The notes below the pieces were generated by a model. The model made no database searches. It saw only the letters and a program-made list of their open reading frames with translations, and was not told the origin of the DNA. Source: Macrostomum lignano (lineage: Eukaryota). Taken from it: a stretch of 64,000 nucleotides of DNA. Shown here piece by piece: positions 26,454 through 40,500 of this stretch. Made by a program: the position numbers and the translations under genes. The stretch covers positions 1 to 64,000 of the forward strand of contig NIVC01003563.1 in the NCBI GenBank assembly GCA_002269645.1, given 5' to 3'. Positions within the stretch are counted from its first letter, which is position 1; every line of letters begins with the position of its first letter.

Positions 26454-29400
26454 ATGGTTCAGCCAAGCAGTCTGTGCACCTTGCTAAGGTAAGTACAAGC
26501 AAAAGGCTTGCGTGCTTTTTGAGTATCTGAATGATTTTTAGCAGTTAACATGTTTTATGTATCAAGAAACCAAATGTAACAGGTAGGTTTCGTTTTCTTT
26601 TTATCTTTTGCTCACGTGACAAAAAAGACTTTCAAAACACCCTGGCCTCTAAAGGCCCTATTATGAGAATGAGACTTAAAAAACTCAGTACAGAATATTA
26701 TTATTCAAGGCAGTGTATTGTATAGCAGCAAGAACGCATAGTCACAATGCAAAGTACTCGTAATTAATTAATCAAAGTAATAAAAGTAACAAACAAAGAG
26801 CTGGTCATTCGATAGCTGTTGTCGAGGTGGGTAGAGATCATTGTTTTCCCCGCTCCGATGTAAGCGCTTTTGTAGTGCTTAAAGCAATGTCTTCTTTGTG
26901 ACAATCACATAGAAATGTACAGACCTTCTTTGATTGTGCCAATAGAACTGCAGCAACAATCATTTATGTATTTAGGTCCATCTGAGACAACTAATGTACA
27001 TCAAAATTATTTTCTCTGAATTCCGGCAAAACTTTTACAACATCTTGCAATGCAATGAATAATTTTAGATCACTACTGGCTCTGTTGCTAGTGAGTAGTA
27101 TCAAGACACAGACGCAGTGCTCAAATCATGGAAACTATGATGCAGTGAAGGACAGATGCACCTGCCAACCGGATTATTACGGCAGGAACTGTGAAACCGC
27201 TTTTTCAACCTCTAATCCGTGCTTGGATCCCAGCATTGCAACGATCGACGACTCAAAGGGCTCTCATGCTCCCAGAAACGTCAAGTCGTGCTCGGACTCT
27301 GGTTATAGTTGCTTTGACTTCAGCTCAATATCTTTTGGATGGTACCGACTGAAGTCTCCAGCTGGAGGCTTCCTAACCAGCACGTGTCCCGACACAACGG
27401 CCAGCTGCGGCAGCGCCTACCCTTATATCCTCACCGACATCGTCCAGGAAGCCACTACAAGCAGAACGCTGTATTCTGGCAAACTTTTCAGAGTCAGTCG
27501 GTCAGGACCCGTTTGCTACGACTCGGCAGAGGCTCCATATCCTGTCCGAATCCTTACTTGCGGATCATTTAATCTTTACTATTTGGAACCTACCCAGTCC
27601 AGAAACGATCACTACTGCATCGGAAACAAGAAGGCGTGCAGCGGCGGTCTCGTGTCAGCTGACGGCTCTGGCTACGAGCCCTGCGTCAACGCATCCGCGT
27701 GCTTGCCGAAAGCGAAGTCCGGAGCAACAAATCTGCCAGTTTTGCAGCAAGTTCACAATCCTGATAACCAAAAATCCAAGTTTAACTGTTCCTTTGGAGA
27801 AAGTTTTGAGACAAACTTCACACAAGGGCTTCTATATAAGGTTTACTACAGACTAAGGTTTCACAACAAAACGCAATTGAAAATCCCAGCGTGCACTTTT
27901 CAAAACCTTACGGTATCCTCAGGAGGCAAAATCACGGTAACCTGCGATGACGAAGATATTCTTATTCCTCATTCAAACATCTACGGCGGTACACTGGAAT
28001 GCGTGCTGCAGGCCAAGTGCAACTCAGAGCTGTCTGAATATGTATCCGAGGAGCTAGTTTCTATGCCGCACCAGTTTGAGTTTCAGTACAGCTTTCTTGA
28101 TTCATCGACAAATGCAACCACTTCAGTACTTACTCCATCTAGTTCGATTAAACTTTGCATAAATATTACAAAAGTGCCCAACTTTGATTATATTACTGTT
28201 AGAGTTGCTGTCCGACGCCAGGCGCTGATTTCTAACGATAAAATAAAGGTAAAAATACAGAACTTACAATTTAACGGCTACAATAATCCTTGCGAAGCAA
28301 ATATAACGACCAGAAATACTCGCCATTCAAATGTCTGCCTAGACTTAAAACTGCTTAACGATGATGAAGAAGGTCTGATTGTCAGAGGCCTCGATGGATC
28401 ACAGCTGGCGCCTATGATTCAGGTGAACGTCAGCTACCGTGCTAATAAAGATCCTCGAGGTGTGTATACCGGAAATAATTGGGTAAAATTGCAGTCACGA
28501 AAACTAACGATAGACATTTCCTCTCTCTACAACACCACAGAGGTAAAAGACTTTTTTCATGTGTACAGCGACCCCATTTTCAAGCCGGCAAATTCAGACA
28601 GTCCTAGATACGCCGACTTTTTTTATGGGGACTCTTGCCGGAGTTTGTCGCTAATGAGGCACAAAATTTTGCCTTACGAGGTGCAGGCTAAAGAGTGCGA
28701 TTCAACAAAGAGAAAATTCCATTCCGTTGTTACTGAGGTTGCTATCAGGTACGAGTCCTACCGAATCCTGATATACAGCGAGAAGGAAGCATTCCAAGTT
28801 AAGACAACAAAAATTAAAGAATTCAGCGCTCTGCCGCTTACGAATGGCTTTCCTTGGGGTGTTTCTTTCGAGGAAGGAAAAAATGGAGTGAGGATCAAAT
28901 TTGAATTGTATGGTACTATCATATACGTATGGAATTTTTTGATTCATGGTTTTAATGACGATGGTTGCCGTCACGACTTTATTATGAGCCGCAAATCAAT
29001 GCTAGAAAATAGTTGTTCAGGGAACGTCGGGAACCTCGAAACGAACGGCAAGAATGCCTTGGATTTAATGATAGTTCCAGGTTTCTACGATACCGAGAGT
29101 CGAGTCGATGGTCTTATGTATAGAAAATCTTTGGCATCGTGGATACCGACCGACACCATTGCCTCGGACAGTCCCAGAAATTTGTTCTCTGACAATTTTG
29201 TTCCAGAGGACACTCTTGAGACCATTGAGTCATTGGACTTTTGCTCTTGCGAAAAAGGCAAAGAAGATGACGACTTGCCCGAAAATCTGTCAAATCAATG
29301 TGTCGTCAGACAGCTAGGTGATCCATCACGAACAAGGCGATCTCTCGACAACAATCTGCAACCACGACGAGCTACTAATAGGCTAGAAACACTGCTAGCT

Positions 29401-29952
29401 AAACGCAGCAAACGCTCCACAGAAAATGTCACTGCTGAGATGGCAGCTGAGCAGTGCGCCAAGTACTTACAGTCTGTACTAGCAACAAAAGGTACCATAG
29501 TGACAGAGTGCTCCACTGCAAAAGGCATTCTCGGCGGTTTGGACTTTATGACGCAGTTCAAAACTGTTTGCGTCCAGTACGCCACCCAATTGGACACATT
29601 CGATTTTACTGAAACCCTGTTCAACTCGTTCGCTGGTCAGTGCATTACAAGCCTCAGCTACAACGTGTCAGCTGTAAAGACAAAGGCCAGCACCATTGAC
29701 AGGATGCTGACCGAGGCGTGTCCGAATAAGTGCAATGGCAACGGCGACTGCGTCTTTGGAGCGTGTTTGTGCAATCGCGGCTACTCCGGCGCCACGTGTG
29801 AGATCGGCCCCGTCAAACCTGCTACAAATCCTGCTCCGGATCGGGATGCAACTCCAACTACGAGTACAAAAGCTACTACAGTAAAGACAGAAACAACCAA
29901 GCTTCCATTTATTTGCATCAGTCTGCTCGTGCTGGGTTTCCTGATCGGCTAA
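26454..29952 (+). CDS. VWDE: VWDE-like protein (EGF, D8C, degenerate vWD, C-terminal EGF, probable GPI signal), 972 aa; exons 26454-26488 and 27069-29952
   Basis: Exon 1 ATG...CTAAG|GTAAGT spliced in phase 2 to ttttAG|ATCA gives MVQPSSLCTLLRSLLALLLV. The EGF and D8C domains align with the minus-strand paralog. vWD-like DFFYGD...PYEVQAKEC; furin-type RTRR and KRSKR sites; CPNKCNGNGDCVFGACLCNRGYSGATC EGF; Thr-rich stalk and terminal hydrophobic stretch. The symbol is family-level only. Confidence 0.82.
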
Positions 29953-31471
29953 CTTCAAACCGTGCGCCTTATAGAATAGAAATATTTCTTTATATTAAAG
30001 ATTGTTAAAACTTTTATTCAGGTTTCACAGGATCAGATTTTTTCCTAGCTAACATATTAACCAGAATGATTTTTTGTGTGTCTAAGACAATTTTTTCGAA
30101 TCGTAAACCCAAGCGCTATAGCTATGGATTTAAAGAAACTATATATTCAGAAGAGTATTTTTTACACTTGATCGTCCATTATTTTAGATGGCTTTGTCTT
30201 ACATAAAGTCGTATTTTAGCCTACTTGTATTTGGTAGATATTTTTGTCAAGAAATTACAGTAATTTTTGTTAATTTTAAGCTGACTATCTCTCTGTATCT
30301 CTTAAATCCCTCTGTACAGCTTTCACAAGCAGCTGTGAGGAGTAACTGCCATCCTGCAGTAGCTAGCGCTTAGCGAATATTTATCAACTGTCGATACTCT
30401 TGATGCAACCCATTGAAAGACACAATCAACTAGAATACATCCAATCCCTATAAGACTTGATCTGCAGTAAATTTCAAGAACATTGTGCCGCACATACCCG
30501 GGGTTCAACCACATTGATTTTTATTTTGTTGTCGTACGAGTCGTATTTACGAGCTTACTTCAGTAGTTTTTTCATTAAATTGATTATAAAAGCTAGATTG
30601 CATGGAATCCATCAGAACTTCGATGCTTACTGTTTGTGCTTTTGAATATCCTGTCCGGGGCTCTCAGCGGCTGACTGGTCTGCTTGCTGATTTGAAATTC
30701 GAAAGATTTTTTATTGATTTTCAAACACTACGCTATGCGGTTACTCCAGCTATTCATTTATTTCTAAAGTACGATTATTTATCCTTAACCTGTTTTGTTT
30801 ATTCAAGAATTTTTATCAAACGCTTCAGTTGCTCTCAAAATTCTGTTTTAATTTATTTTTTTTACTCAGAATAATACACGCAAAGCAGTTTAAAATAGAA
30901 TGAGCCGGCTCTCAAGCATGCACATGAGAACTAATATTTGCGTATTTTCTTATCGCTTCTGAAAAAGAGATTTCACTAAATGTCAAAAAGCTGTCGCCTA
31001 AGAGTCAATTTAGAGCGTTTTATTACCTGCGACTATGAAACGACTCTGTAGGGTCTGAAGTTGCGTCTAAAGCACATCTGCGTCACTTTATGAATTAGAA
31101 TCGCATTTCGCATTTACAAGAATCAAACGAACCATCGGAGCACGAAAGAAGGCAGACGCGAACACTGAAATGGGAGAGAGCGAAGTGCATAAGAAAGCAG
31201 AAAGCCTAAAGAGCAAAAGAAGCAAAAAGGGGGAGAAAAGGGAATTGCACAAAGGTTGCGGAAAAAACGTTAAGCAGAACTAAAATTCTGGCTTATGCGC
31301 TACAACTGGAGCACTGAATGCAACCGGCAGCCGGACATCAACAGGATGGACCGCTGCGCCAGTCACCGAACTGGATCAACTGGGTAGGGTGGCGCCGCTC
31401 CTGAGGATGACAGTCGCTCCGTCGAGCCGCAACAGGTGCCCCGAAAGAGAGCGTGGATCGATCGAGTCCGG

Positions 31472-32234
31472 CAGGGGCGCGCCACCGGGGGGGGGGGAGG
31501 GACAGAGGGGACATGTCCCCCCCCAGTAAAAGTTATGGGCAGGACATGCCAATATTTTGTCCCCCAACACACGTTTGTCGACCTCTTATGAAAATCATTT
31601 TTTGCTTCAGGGCAACACAACATAGTGGTGCCCGCGGCGCTAAAATGGTGCCCGCGGCGCTAAAATGGTGCCCGCGGCGCTAAACTGGTGCCCGCGGCGC
31701 TAAACTGGTGCCCGCGGCGCTAAACTGGTGCCCGCGGCGCTAAAATGGTGCCCGCGGCGCTAAAATGGTGCACGCGGCGCTAAAATGGTGCCCGCGGCGC
31801 TAAACTGGTGCCCGCGGCGCTAAACTGGTGCCCGCGGCGCTAAACTGGTGCTCGCGGCGTTAAAATGGTGCCCGCGGCGCTAAACTGGTGCCCGCGGCGC
31901 TAAAATGGTGCCCGCAGCGCTAAAATGGTGCCTGCGGCGTTAAACTGGTGCCCGCGGCGCTAAACTGGTGCCCGCAGCGCTAAAATGGTGCCTGCGGCGT
32001 TAAACTGGTGCCTGCGGCGCTAAAATGGTGCCCGCGGCGCTAAAATGGTGCCCGCGGCGCTAAAATGGTGCCCGCGGCGCTAAAATGGTGGTGCCCGCGG
32101 CGCTAAAATGGTGCCCGCGGCGCTAAAATGGTGGTGCCCGCGGCGCTAAAATGGTGCCCGCGGCGCTAAAATGGTGCCCGCGGCGCTAAAATGGTGCCCG
32201 CGGCGCTAAAATGGTGGTGCCCGCGGCGCTAAAA
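31472..32234 (+). mobile_element. One-ended hAT-like MITE with a 19-bp minisatellite (TGGTGCCCGCGGCGCTAAA)n at 31626-32234
   Basis: Starts CAGGGGCG; about 100 bp is homologous to the reverse complement of 52730-52823; no second TIR or TSD. Confidence 0.7.
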
Positions 32235-33552
32235 ACTCCCACTAACGAGACGGGAATCCCGGTCTATACCCGACTAAAGTTCCTTGACCCCAAATTGCAC
32301 TAGAAATGGCCGATTAAGGGACTCCATGCGAAACATTCAAGGGACAGTTTAGTTCGACCAGTGCTGGAATAAGGACTTTTGCATATGCACACTGTACATG
32401 TATAGGGGGATCTTTACTTGGTGGGCGATTCTAGGCTACTTTAATCCCTCCTAAGCGCCCAGGATCCCAAAGTGAATATTAGGTAACGCCATTCTACATG
32501 TACTATTCTAGATATGGCCGCTCGATGCAGCAATGGATGGGAAAGTGCAGCCGCAAGTCCCAGAGCTCTCTCAATGGTGCACATCTTGCAGGGACTTAAG
32601 AAAAAACATGTACTTACTGATATCATTATTTGGATGTACTCCGTTCATACTCGTTGATTTTGGACTTTGATCCTCAGCTTCTATTCGATGTCCTGCGAGC
32701 TGCGACAGGCGCACTCTACTCACACGTTATGCCACGATTCATGGCATAAAGATTTGTCTGCTTCTGTCTATTTTCTCATTTGCCATTAATCGTTGCATGA
32801 AGTGTGAGTAGAGAGAGCACTATAGTATTGACTAGGCTGCAAAATGGTATATTTGAATGGCTAATGCCCTGAATTTCTGGACCTGAACTTGCATGGCACT
32901 AACAGTCAGAGGGGATTAAGAATAATGAATATCAGAAGATGGTACGTGAGCAAATTGTACGGGGTGGAGACCTTAATTGGCTGCATGACAATACCCCAAG
33001 ACAACGCAATGGAGGAAAATATCTTTAGCTAACACTTACGGCTGTCCGGATGGTCACGGGCGGCTGACTCAACGTGATGACCATTGGGAAGATCCTCGCA
33101 GAAGGATCTGCATGGCATATGGGAGCAATCAAAGTGTTTAGGGGAAATTAATTTGGTCTCAAAGGGAGATCGCCGGTACGGATACTGAGTCCTAAGAATT
33201 ACTGAAGGTTGGTCTCGAGGGAAAACAAACACCAAAAAACAACCGGAAGTCGTACCAATTTAGCCGTTCTGGGCTCCTAGCTACATGTACACATGTATGT
33301 ATTATTTATATAGCCCTAAAATCACGCGCCAATACATCACCTCAGCGGGATGCGTGATTTTGAAGGCCGTTACCTTTCTCCATGACTTCTGTTACCAAAG
33401 GCAAACCTGATGACGTCACCTACACAAGCCGCGCTGCGATTGGACGAGAGTTGGGGTGGGGCGGCGTAGAAAATTCATAATTTATGATGGGGGATTACGT
33501 AACAAGGCGGGAAAAAGCTTGAGGAGATAACAACAACCCAACAAAATACGTT

Positions 33553-36470
33553 GTCAGTCAGTCAGCAGACAACGTCACAAAGGCGCGTTTCAAGGCCTGG
33601 TCGCGAACGTAGGCTGCACCACCGTCAGCGTCTGAGGCGCCGGCATCAGTCAACAGGCAGTCGACGAAACGCCGAGTGCGCGCCTGCCCCCGCCAGTAGG
33701 GTGCCTGTAGCGTCAGCAGCAGCACCTCGTGCACCGGCTGTGGGCAGTACGACTCGGCTCGAATGAAATGGCCTGCCAGCTGGAGTCGCCGACGGCGCAA
33801 TAGTTCGCTAGGACGGGACTGTAGAGTGTTCTACCTCCCGTTAAAAAGGTAAAAATAAGATAATCGTATAATGCTACTATAAGTAAGTAAGTACACGCAT
33901 GTGCGCCTAAGCTTTGAATGAATCACGCTACCAAGAAAAGATGTTACCAAAATAATACGCCATGAGCCATTTTCCCCTTTTAGCGCAACACGTGAATTGT
34001 CATAATGCTATTTTGGATCAAAAAGTTGCCTATAAATACAAGCGGTCCGAAGCGGACCAGGAGCCAACTCCCGACGAGAGGAGAAGCTCCGAAAAGGAAG
34101 CCTCAGGAGGACTTCCTGAACAACCAAGTCAATCGAGACTCGGTCGAATTGTTGCGGTAAGCCTTCCTTATTTGCGCCCGTTGTGTTAGAGACGTCTCGC
34201 TCAAGTCTATTGAGACTTGAGTTTATTTGAGTCTGTTGAGACTCTTGAGTCTGTTTAGACTCCATTGGTTGCAGTCTCCAGAAGGACTGCCCCTGATAGA
34301 TCTTAGGAGACTATCAGTGGTTTCCGGAGCCATACCTAGAGTGCATAGAGGCACTTCTAGAAGGAGGCTTAATTCAGACCGCAGTTTGGCGCAGGGATCC
34401 CATTGTTAATTCGGAAGCTTCCCATTGGTCCGAGCGACAGAATCCGGCCGGAACTATTTGAAGAAGAAACGAAGACTCGGACTCGATCTACAAACGAAAG
34501 TCAGAAGTGACTATACGAGAGCAACTGAAACTAATCGAGAGCTACTCCGAGAGATCTCCAAAGGACTCAAGGTAATTGAATACCTTCTGTTGACTTACTG
34601 GGTTGCCTAGCTACTGAACTAGAAGTGATTGTTCCTTGATTATCGAAAGTCGGGTAATAAGGAACACATCAGGACAAGCCGGTGCGGCGATAGAGTGCTA
34701 CAATGGCGACTCGCTCGTAGCGGATCTTGAAAGCGGCGCGCAGCAGGCCAGCGTGCGCCGCATCGACCAGCTGTTCGAGCGCATCCGTCAGCGTCCAGGT
34801 CTCGGCGTTGTACAACAGGACGGTCTCGATCACCGCCGAAAACTTTGGCAGTCGGGCAGGGCCTCGGACTGCAGGACAAGCCTCGCGGAACGGAAGGCAG
34901 CCCAGTCAAGTGCACGGCGGGCGTCGCAGGTCCTCGCAAACGTCATGCAGGCACCAGACCGCCGAGGTAGACGAACTGCTCATAGCACGAAAGCTTCGTC
35001 ACCTCGCTTCGTCAAAATTGCAGCCTCAATGTCATCCGGCACGCAGAGCTCGACGGTCTTCTGCATGTTGAAAACCAGGCCGACACTCGCCGCGACGCTC
35101 ACCAGCCGGTCCAACTGGCGTTGGGCGCCCTCGATGGTCGAGGACAGCAGAGCGAGATCATCGGCGTAGCCCAGTACGCTGAGCCGCCTTTCCGGTTGGA
35201 GTCGACCCACGCGTCGCTGCAACAGGAAGCCGTCATCGTTAGAAGGGCCGGAGCAGTCCGCAGCACCCAGTCAAGTACCAGGACGAACAGGAACAGCGCA
35301 AGCGTATCTCCCTGAAGCACCCCAGAGGATGTCTCAAAGAAAGCAGCGTTCGTGCCGTGATACAGCGCCATGACGGCGGAGATCAGCTGCTCTGGCATAT
35401 TGTACGAACGGAGCACCTTTGGGAGCACAGACCTGACGACCGAGTCGAATGCCTTCTTGAAATCTATGAAGATAACAATCGGGATCGACTGGCGTATCCA
35501 TGCTTCCTCAATGACTCGCCGAAGAGCCAGGATCTGCGTCACTGTGCCGCGATGGGGCCGGAAGCCGTTCTGCTCAGGACGCAGGTACGGATCCAACACG
35601 GGCTGTAACCGCGATAACAGCATCCGGTTGAACAACTTCGCAGCGCAGGACTGAAGGCAGATACCTCGATGCTCCTCTCAAGCCTCGTGGTGCCCGGCTT
35701 CTTAGGAACTGCGACGATGTACGCCGTGGTCCATTCGTTGGGTGCCTCCTCACCGAAAAGCACGCAGTTCATCACACTGGCGACCTCGCTGGCCACACAG
35801 TGGATGCGCAGCGCCTCGATGGGCACCTCGTCCGAACCCCGCGCTTTCCCGCCCGGTGACTGTTAATGGGGCGAGCTTCACAACGTCGGCTGTGCTGACT
35901 GGGGCTACATTACTCTCCTCTACCGGCTACGGCGTCTCCGGTGGCAGCCCCAGATCGTTTCAGCAGCCTCAGAGCGAAGCCGGACGTCGACCCGAAGCAG
36001 CCGGTCAGACAGGGAGATATGCAGCGATAGCTCTGCTGCAGCCTCGGTCCGATCAGCGCTCCAACTCCTCCACGGCTTCGTTGGTCCGCCGACGTGTACC
36101 GAGGGTCCAGCCGGTGACTAGGTCCTCACAGTGATTTCCCGATTCGGCCCTGATGGACACCTCTTGCAGCGAGATGACATTGCATTTGAGGTTGAGCGCT
36201 ATGCTGCGCTGCAGCAGCAGCCCTCTCCACCCAGGCGGCCTTGAGAGTGCGGCAGAGTTCAGCGTCCTGACCCGAGAAGCGGGCCCTGTGGTACGGCTGG
36301 GTCTCGATGACAGAAGCCTCACGGTCCCCCGGCGCCACCCAGAAGATCCGATTGGCCAAGGATCAGCAGCAGCTCGACGGGCGAAAACCAGTACGTACGT
36401 ACGTACGTTGCCGACCTCACCAGTTTCGCTTGCTCACGCCGACGTTCAACTCGCCGGCGCTCGCTTCGCT
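33553..36470 (-). mobile_element. Degenerate RTE-clade non-LTR retrotransposon (APE + RT), split by a solo LTR
   Basis: APE start RVRTL...NVISLQEV (~36130-36270). RT motifs LRPEQNGFRPHRGT, FIDFKKAFDSV, GVLQGDTLA and LGYADDLALL. C-terminal RRRRLQLAGH; (CTGA)n tail. Frameshifts and deletions present; the 5' boundary is approximate. Confidence 0.9.
33820..34671 (+). mobile_element. Solo LTR (copy B), 852 bp
   Basis: TGTAGAGTGTTC...GAACACATCA; 4-bp TSD GGAC at 33816-33819 and 34672-34675; TATAAATACA at 34031. Removing it restores the RTE reading frame LYRRTGLSRPSELLRRRRLQ. Confidence 0.92.
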
Positions 36471-37559
36471 GCCCTCACTTGGTCTTGCCGCTGTTGCGCA
36501 CCGGGGGGGGGGGGGTCGCGGTATTATCTGCACCGAGGTGCAAATTTATTATTAAATAAATTAATGTCTGCAAATACATAGTAAAGTCTGCAAATATAAA
36601 TATAATATGGGGAGATATAGGTGTCATAAAACTGTCACACGCATGAATATATTCGAACAATAGAATAGGTGGGCTTAATGCGCGGGAGAGTGGGGTGGCC
36701 GATAAGCACGAGCCATCTCGATGACTCATCAAATAAGCCATCGCGGATGGCACAGGGTTCACAGAAGAGGAAGAGAGGGTGCTAAAAAATTAGTGGGGAG
36801 GCCCTGGACGTGCCTAAATGACTTTATACTCTGATTTTTCGTTGTGAATTGAATCTCACTCTGTTCAATTACAACTTGTTGTTTGTCACTTGTCGTTACC
36901 ATCTTAATTATACCGTTAATATTTTTATTCGCGAATTTTTAAATGTAATTTTATTATCTACAAGTGACCACGAACACGAACCGAAACGTAACAGAAAACG
37001 AAACGGCAAATCTTTGTCACTCCAGACCATACCATACCATACCCTACTAATAAATACCATACCATTCCTCATCCCCACCAGCAGACGAACAGTTTCAGAA
37101 AGAAAGGGCGTTTCGTCTACTCAGCAGACGAACTGTCGGCAGACGAATGAACTGGAAACCCTGTGTCCACTGTCCAGTCCAAATTTAGAAGCCCGCAGTC
37201 CAAACTAGAACGCAAAAAGCAATACTAGCATACATGCCCAACCTCAAAATTTTACCCGTCTGGTGCAACTTAGTTTTGTCCAGATTTGCGACTTAGTTCC
37301 TCTTGATTGGGACTTAGGCCCTAGTCCCCCCAATTCACAATTGCAACTAAATTTTCACTTTGTATATGGCTTTTCTTGTTTTTTTCTCTTTTCTTTTCCT
37401 TCTTTTTCTTTCTCCTCTTCTCTCTTTTCCTTTCTTTCTTTTCTTTTTCTCTTTCTCCTTTCTTTCTTCCCTCAAATTTTTGTTTTTTGCATTTTTGATT
37501 TTGTACCTTGGGCTTGGCCAACAGTCATTTCACCTGTCTGGTTGACTGGTTTTGCGGTT

Positions 37560-40500
37560 TGGATAGGTTGGATAGCCTAGGTGTTGTGCATGTATGACTA
37601 CTACTAGGCATAGGGCTTACTTGTAAAGTAAAAATCTGAAATTTGAACACGAAATTTAACTCTACATTGTGATTGTGTTTAGTCAAAGTTGCCAAACTTT
37701 GGTATTTTTGTATGGTTAGCCTAGGCTTAATAAGATTAATAATAGGCCCTATGACATTGAAATACAATGTCTAAGAAACTTCAAGGAAGTGAACAATAGA
37801 AATTTGAGAAGACCTAGACCATCCTAATAATAATAAACCTACATAGGCCTAAATGATAAATTATACATGTGCAACAGTTAACCAAGTTGGCCGATCTAGC
37901 TAACCAATTTGGTGGCCAACCAAGGTAAGTTGCAAAAATGCCTCCCCAAATAAATACCCAAGTAGTACTAAAGTAGATAATAGGGCATTTTGCCTTAGGC
38001 AGTTGTTTTTGTTACAGTGACCATATATTATAAATAGTGAGACAGTTATTTTTACAATTAACACTTGAAACAAACACCATCTAAATGAAGTGACAAACTT
38101 GCTATACAAATACTATGATGGTTAAATTAAAAAAATAAAGAAATGTTTTATTAATAAATACAATAATAACTTTTAGTAATTCTTGTCATAGTAGCTTACT
38201 TTAGGTATTAATTGATTTTAGGTAGGCCTATTGTTAACTATAATTGTTAATAATTAGTTAACCAGAAGTTCTAGAACCATTAGATTGGTTCTTAATTATT
38301 GAATTTATGAATTATACAATTACTGTTATTGTTAACTATAATAATAGTTAACAATAATTGTATTGTTAACTATAACTATGTTAACTAACTATTTAGGTAA
38401 TTGTTAACTATTACCTTGTAATTTAATAGAAATTTCTTCCACATGACTGTAAAAATAGCCCTTTTGCTTACTACCTATAGTGACTATAAAAATAACAGTT
38501 TTGCTATTTATATAGTTATATTAAACTTGTAAAGACCATAGGCCCACATAGTGTCTTATGCATTAACCATAAATAACCATTTTGTTATTTATATGGTCAT
38601 TATAACAATAACAACTGCCTTTGCCTTAATAAGACAATCATAGTTACTCCTATCATTTACCCAAAGTTGCATTAATTTTGTTTTAGGGTTTCTTTAACAT
38701 GTAAGTCATATTTTGGCCAAAAACTATATTGTATTTTTTGTTAAAACTAAGTTGCATGGCTGACCAAATTTTGGAGGTTGTGTATATATGGCCTAAAATT
38801 TAAATTAAGGCCTATATTTTACTATAGGCTTAACTAGATTTTCATAGTAGTTCCCATCCTATTTTGGTTAGGCCTGACTTATTTTTTATATTAAATCAAA
38901 TGCTTTGTATATATTATTTTGTAGGTTTATTTAAAGTTATAGGCTAGGCCTAATTAGAAAATTTGATCTAGATTTATAATATTGATAGCTAAGATTAGGT
39001 CTTGAATATAATTACATTAATATAAATATAGACAGTAAGCAAGCTATAAAGCCAACTAAGAAGATAGATGAAATAGGCCTAGTCATTAGTTAAGATAGGC
39101 TTAAACTAAAAACAACCTTTCTCTTTCAAAAAATAATTAGGCCTAAAGGGCTAACAATAATAGGCCTATTGTAATTAGGATTAAATAAAATATATATAAG
39201 AAAAAAGAAATAATTTTTGGAAAATAAAACTATAAATATATATATAGATGATTCTAGTTTTTATTAGGAAAATAAAAAACTATCATCTTTTTCTAACAAC
39301 AAAGGCTTTTGAAAAGTTATAACATAAATAAAAAAGAAAAGCCAAGCCCAAAAAGCTTTTACATTTAAAAAATAAACAAAATAAGTTTTAATTTGGTCTA
39401 GTAGTAGGAAAAATGAGTTGTTTTGCCTATTAACCATTTTGGCCATAGACATTTTGCCTCTAGACCTTTTTGCCCACAGACCATTTCGCCCACAAACCAT
39501 TTCACCCATAGATAGTTTTGGCCATGGACTATTTCTAAACTTTATGTTTTTAAACTTTGTGCTTTGATTCTCAATTTTGGTGACAAATCTTATTCTTTTA
39601 GTATTTCTAGCTTTACCTTGCTTGTAATTGAAACCCTTTCTTATCTGATTGTTCAAATTGGCTTTAATTGTCACACTTTCAAAAGAAATGACTTTTTAAA
39701 AAAACTTGTAATAATTCACTGTTGTAATAAACAAAATTGTAATAACACAATTGTTGTAGCAATAATTCAAATAATATTTTATTATACAATAAGTCTAAAA
39801 ATTAACATTGAAAAAAGAAAATAAAGACATATGGCTATATCTCTAAAATACATAATGGCTCATTCCATATAAGCATGGTTGTAACATGACAGGTTATTTT
39901 TACTTATAAAATGAAATCTAATAATAGAATATACTAAACCAATATTTTAAATGAAAGATTATTTTGTCTAGAATATATTTATAGAGTTTCATATAGATAT
40001 CATCATTAGTATAGATGCTATTAAACCTTAAATGACACTTATGGTCATAACGACAGGATTTTTGACATATAGAAACTAAAAGGTAAAAGTCTTATAACAT
40101 TTTTCATTTTTGATATTTTGCAATACATTTTTAAAATTTGACTAAGAACATCTTTAGAAATCATACTTTTTTATTAGAATATATAAACTCAAAAGGCAAC
40201 AAAGATACAAAAGAAAAGGCAGCCTTATGGTCGTAACATATTTTTTTCTGTCAATTCAGTAACTTTGAGGTACAAATACATTAAAAATATAATAGATTAT
40301 TTGGTCACCAATGCTTTTATCTGATGATGCAAGTACTATACTTTTATCTATAGTTTGTTTCAACCTTCAAAAGCTTTCTATTTGTTTTTAAAAGGTACAA
40401 AATCTTAATGATGTCTTTTGCTTCGAAAAATGTCCAAATTTTTACAAAAATGACTTTTTGCCAATTGATAACATACTAATCCAACATTTTACCATTCCTT

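Noticed and set aside
31402-31450. Hammerhead ribozyme (CTGAGGA...GAAA)
   Set aside because: No stem II pairing between the core motifs.
32830-33030. Possible LINE RT fragment (LYGVETL)
   Set aside because: A single short motif with no supporting neighbours.
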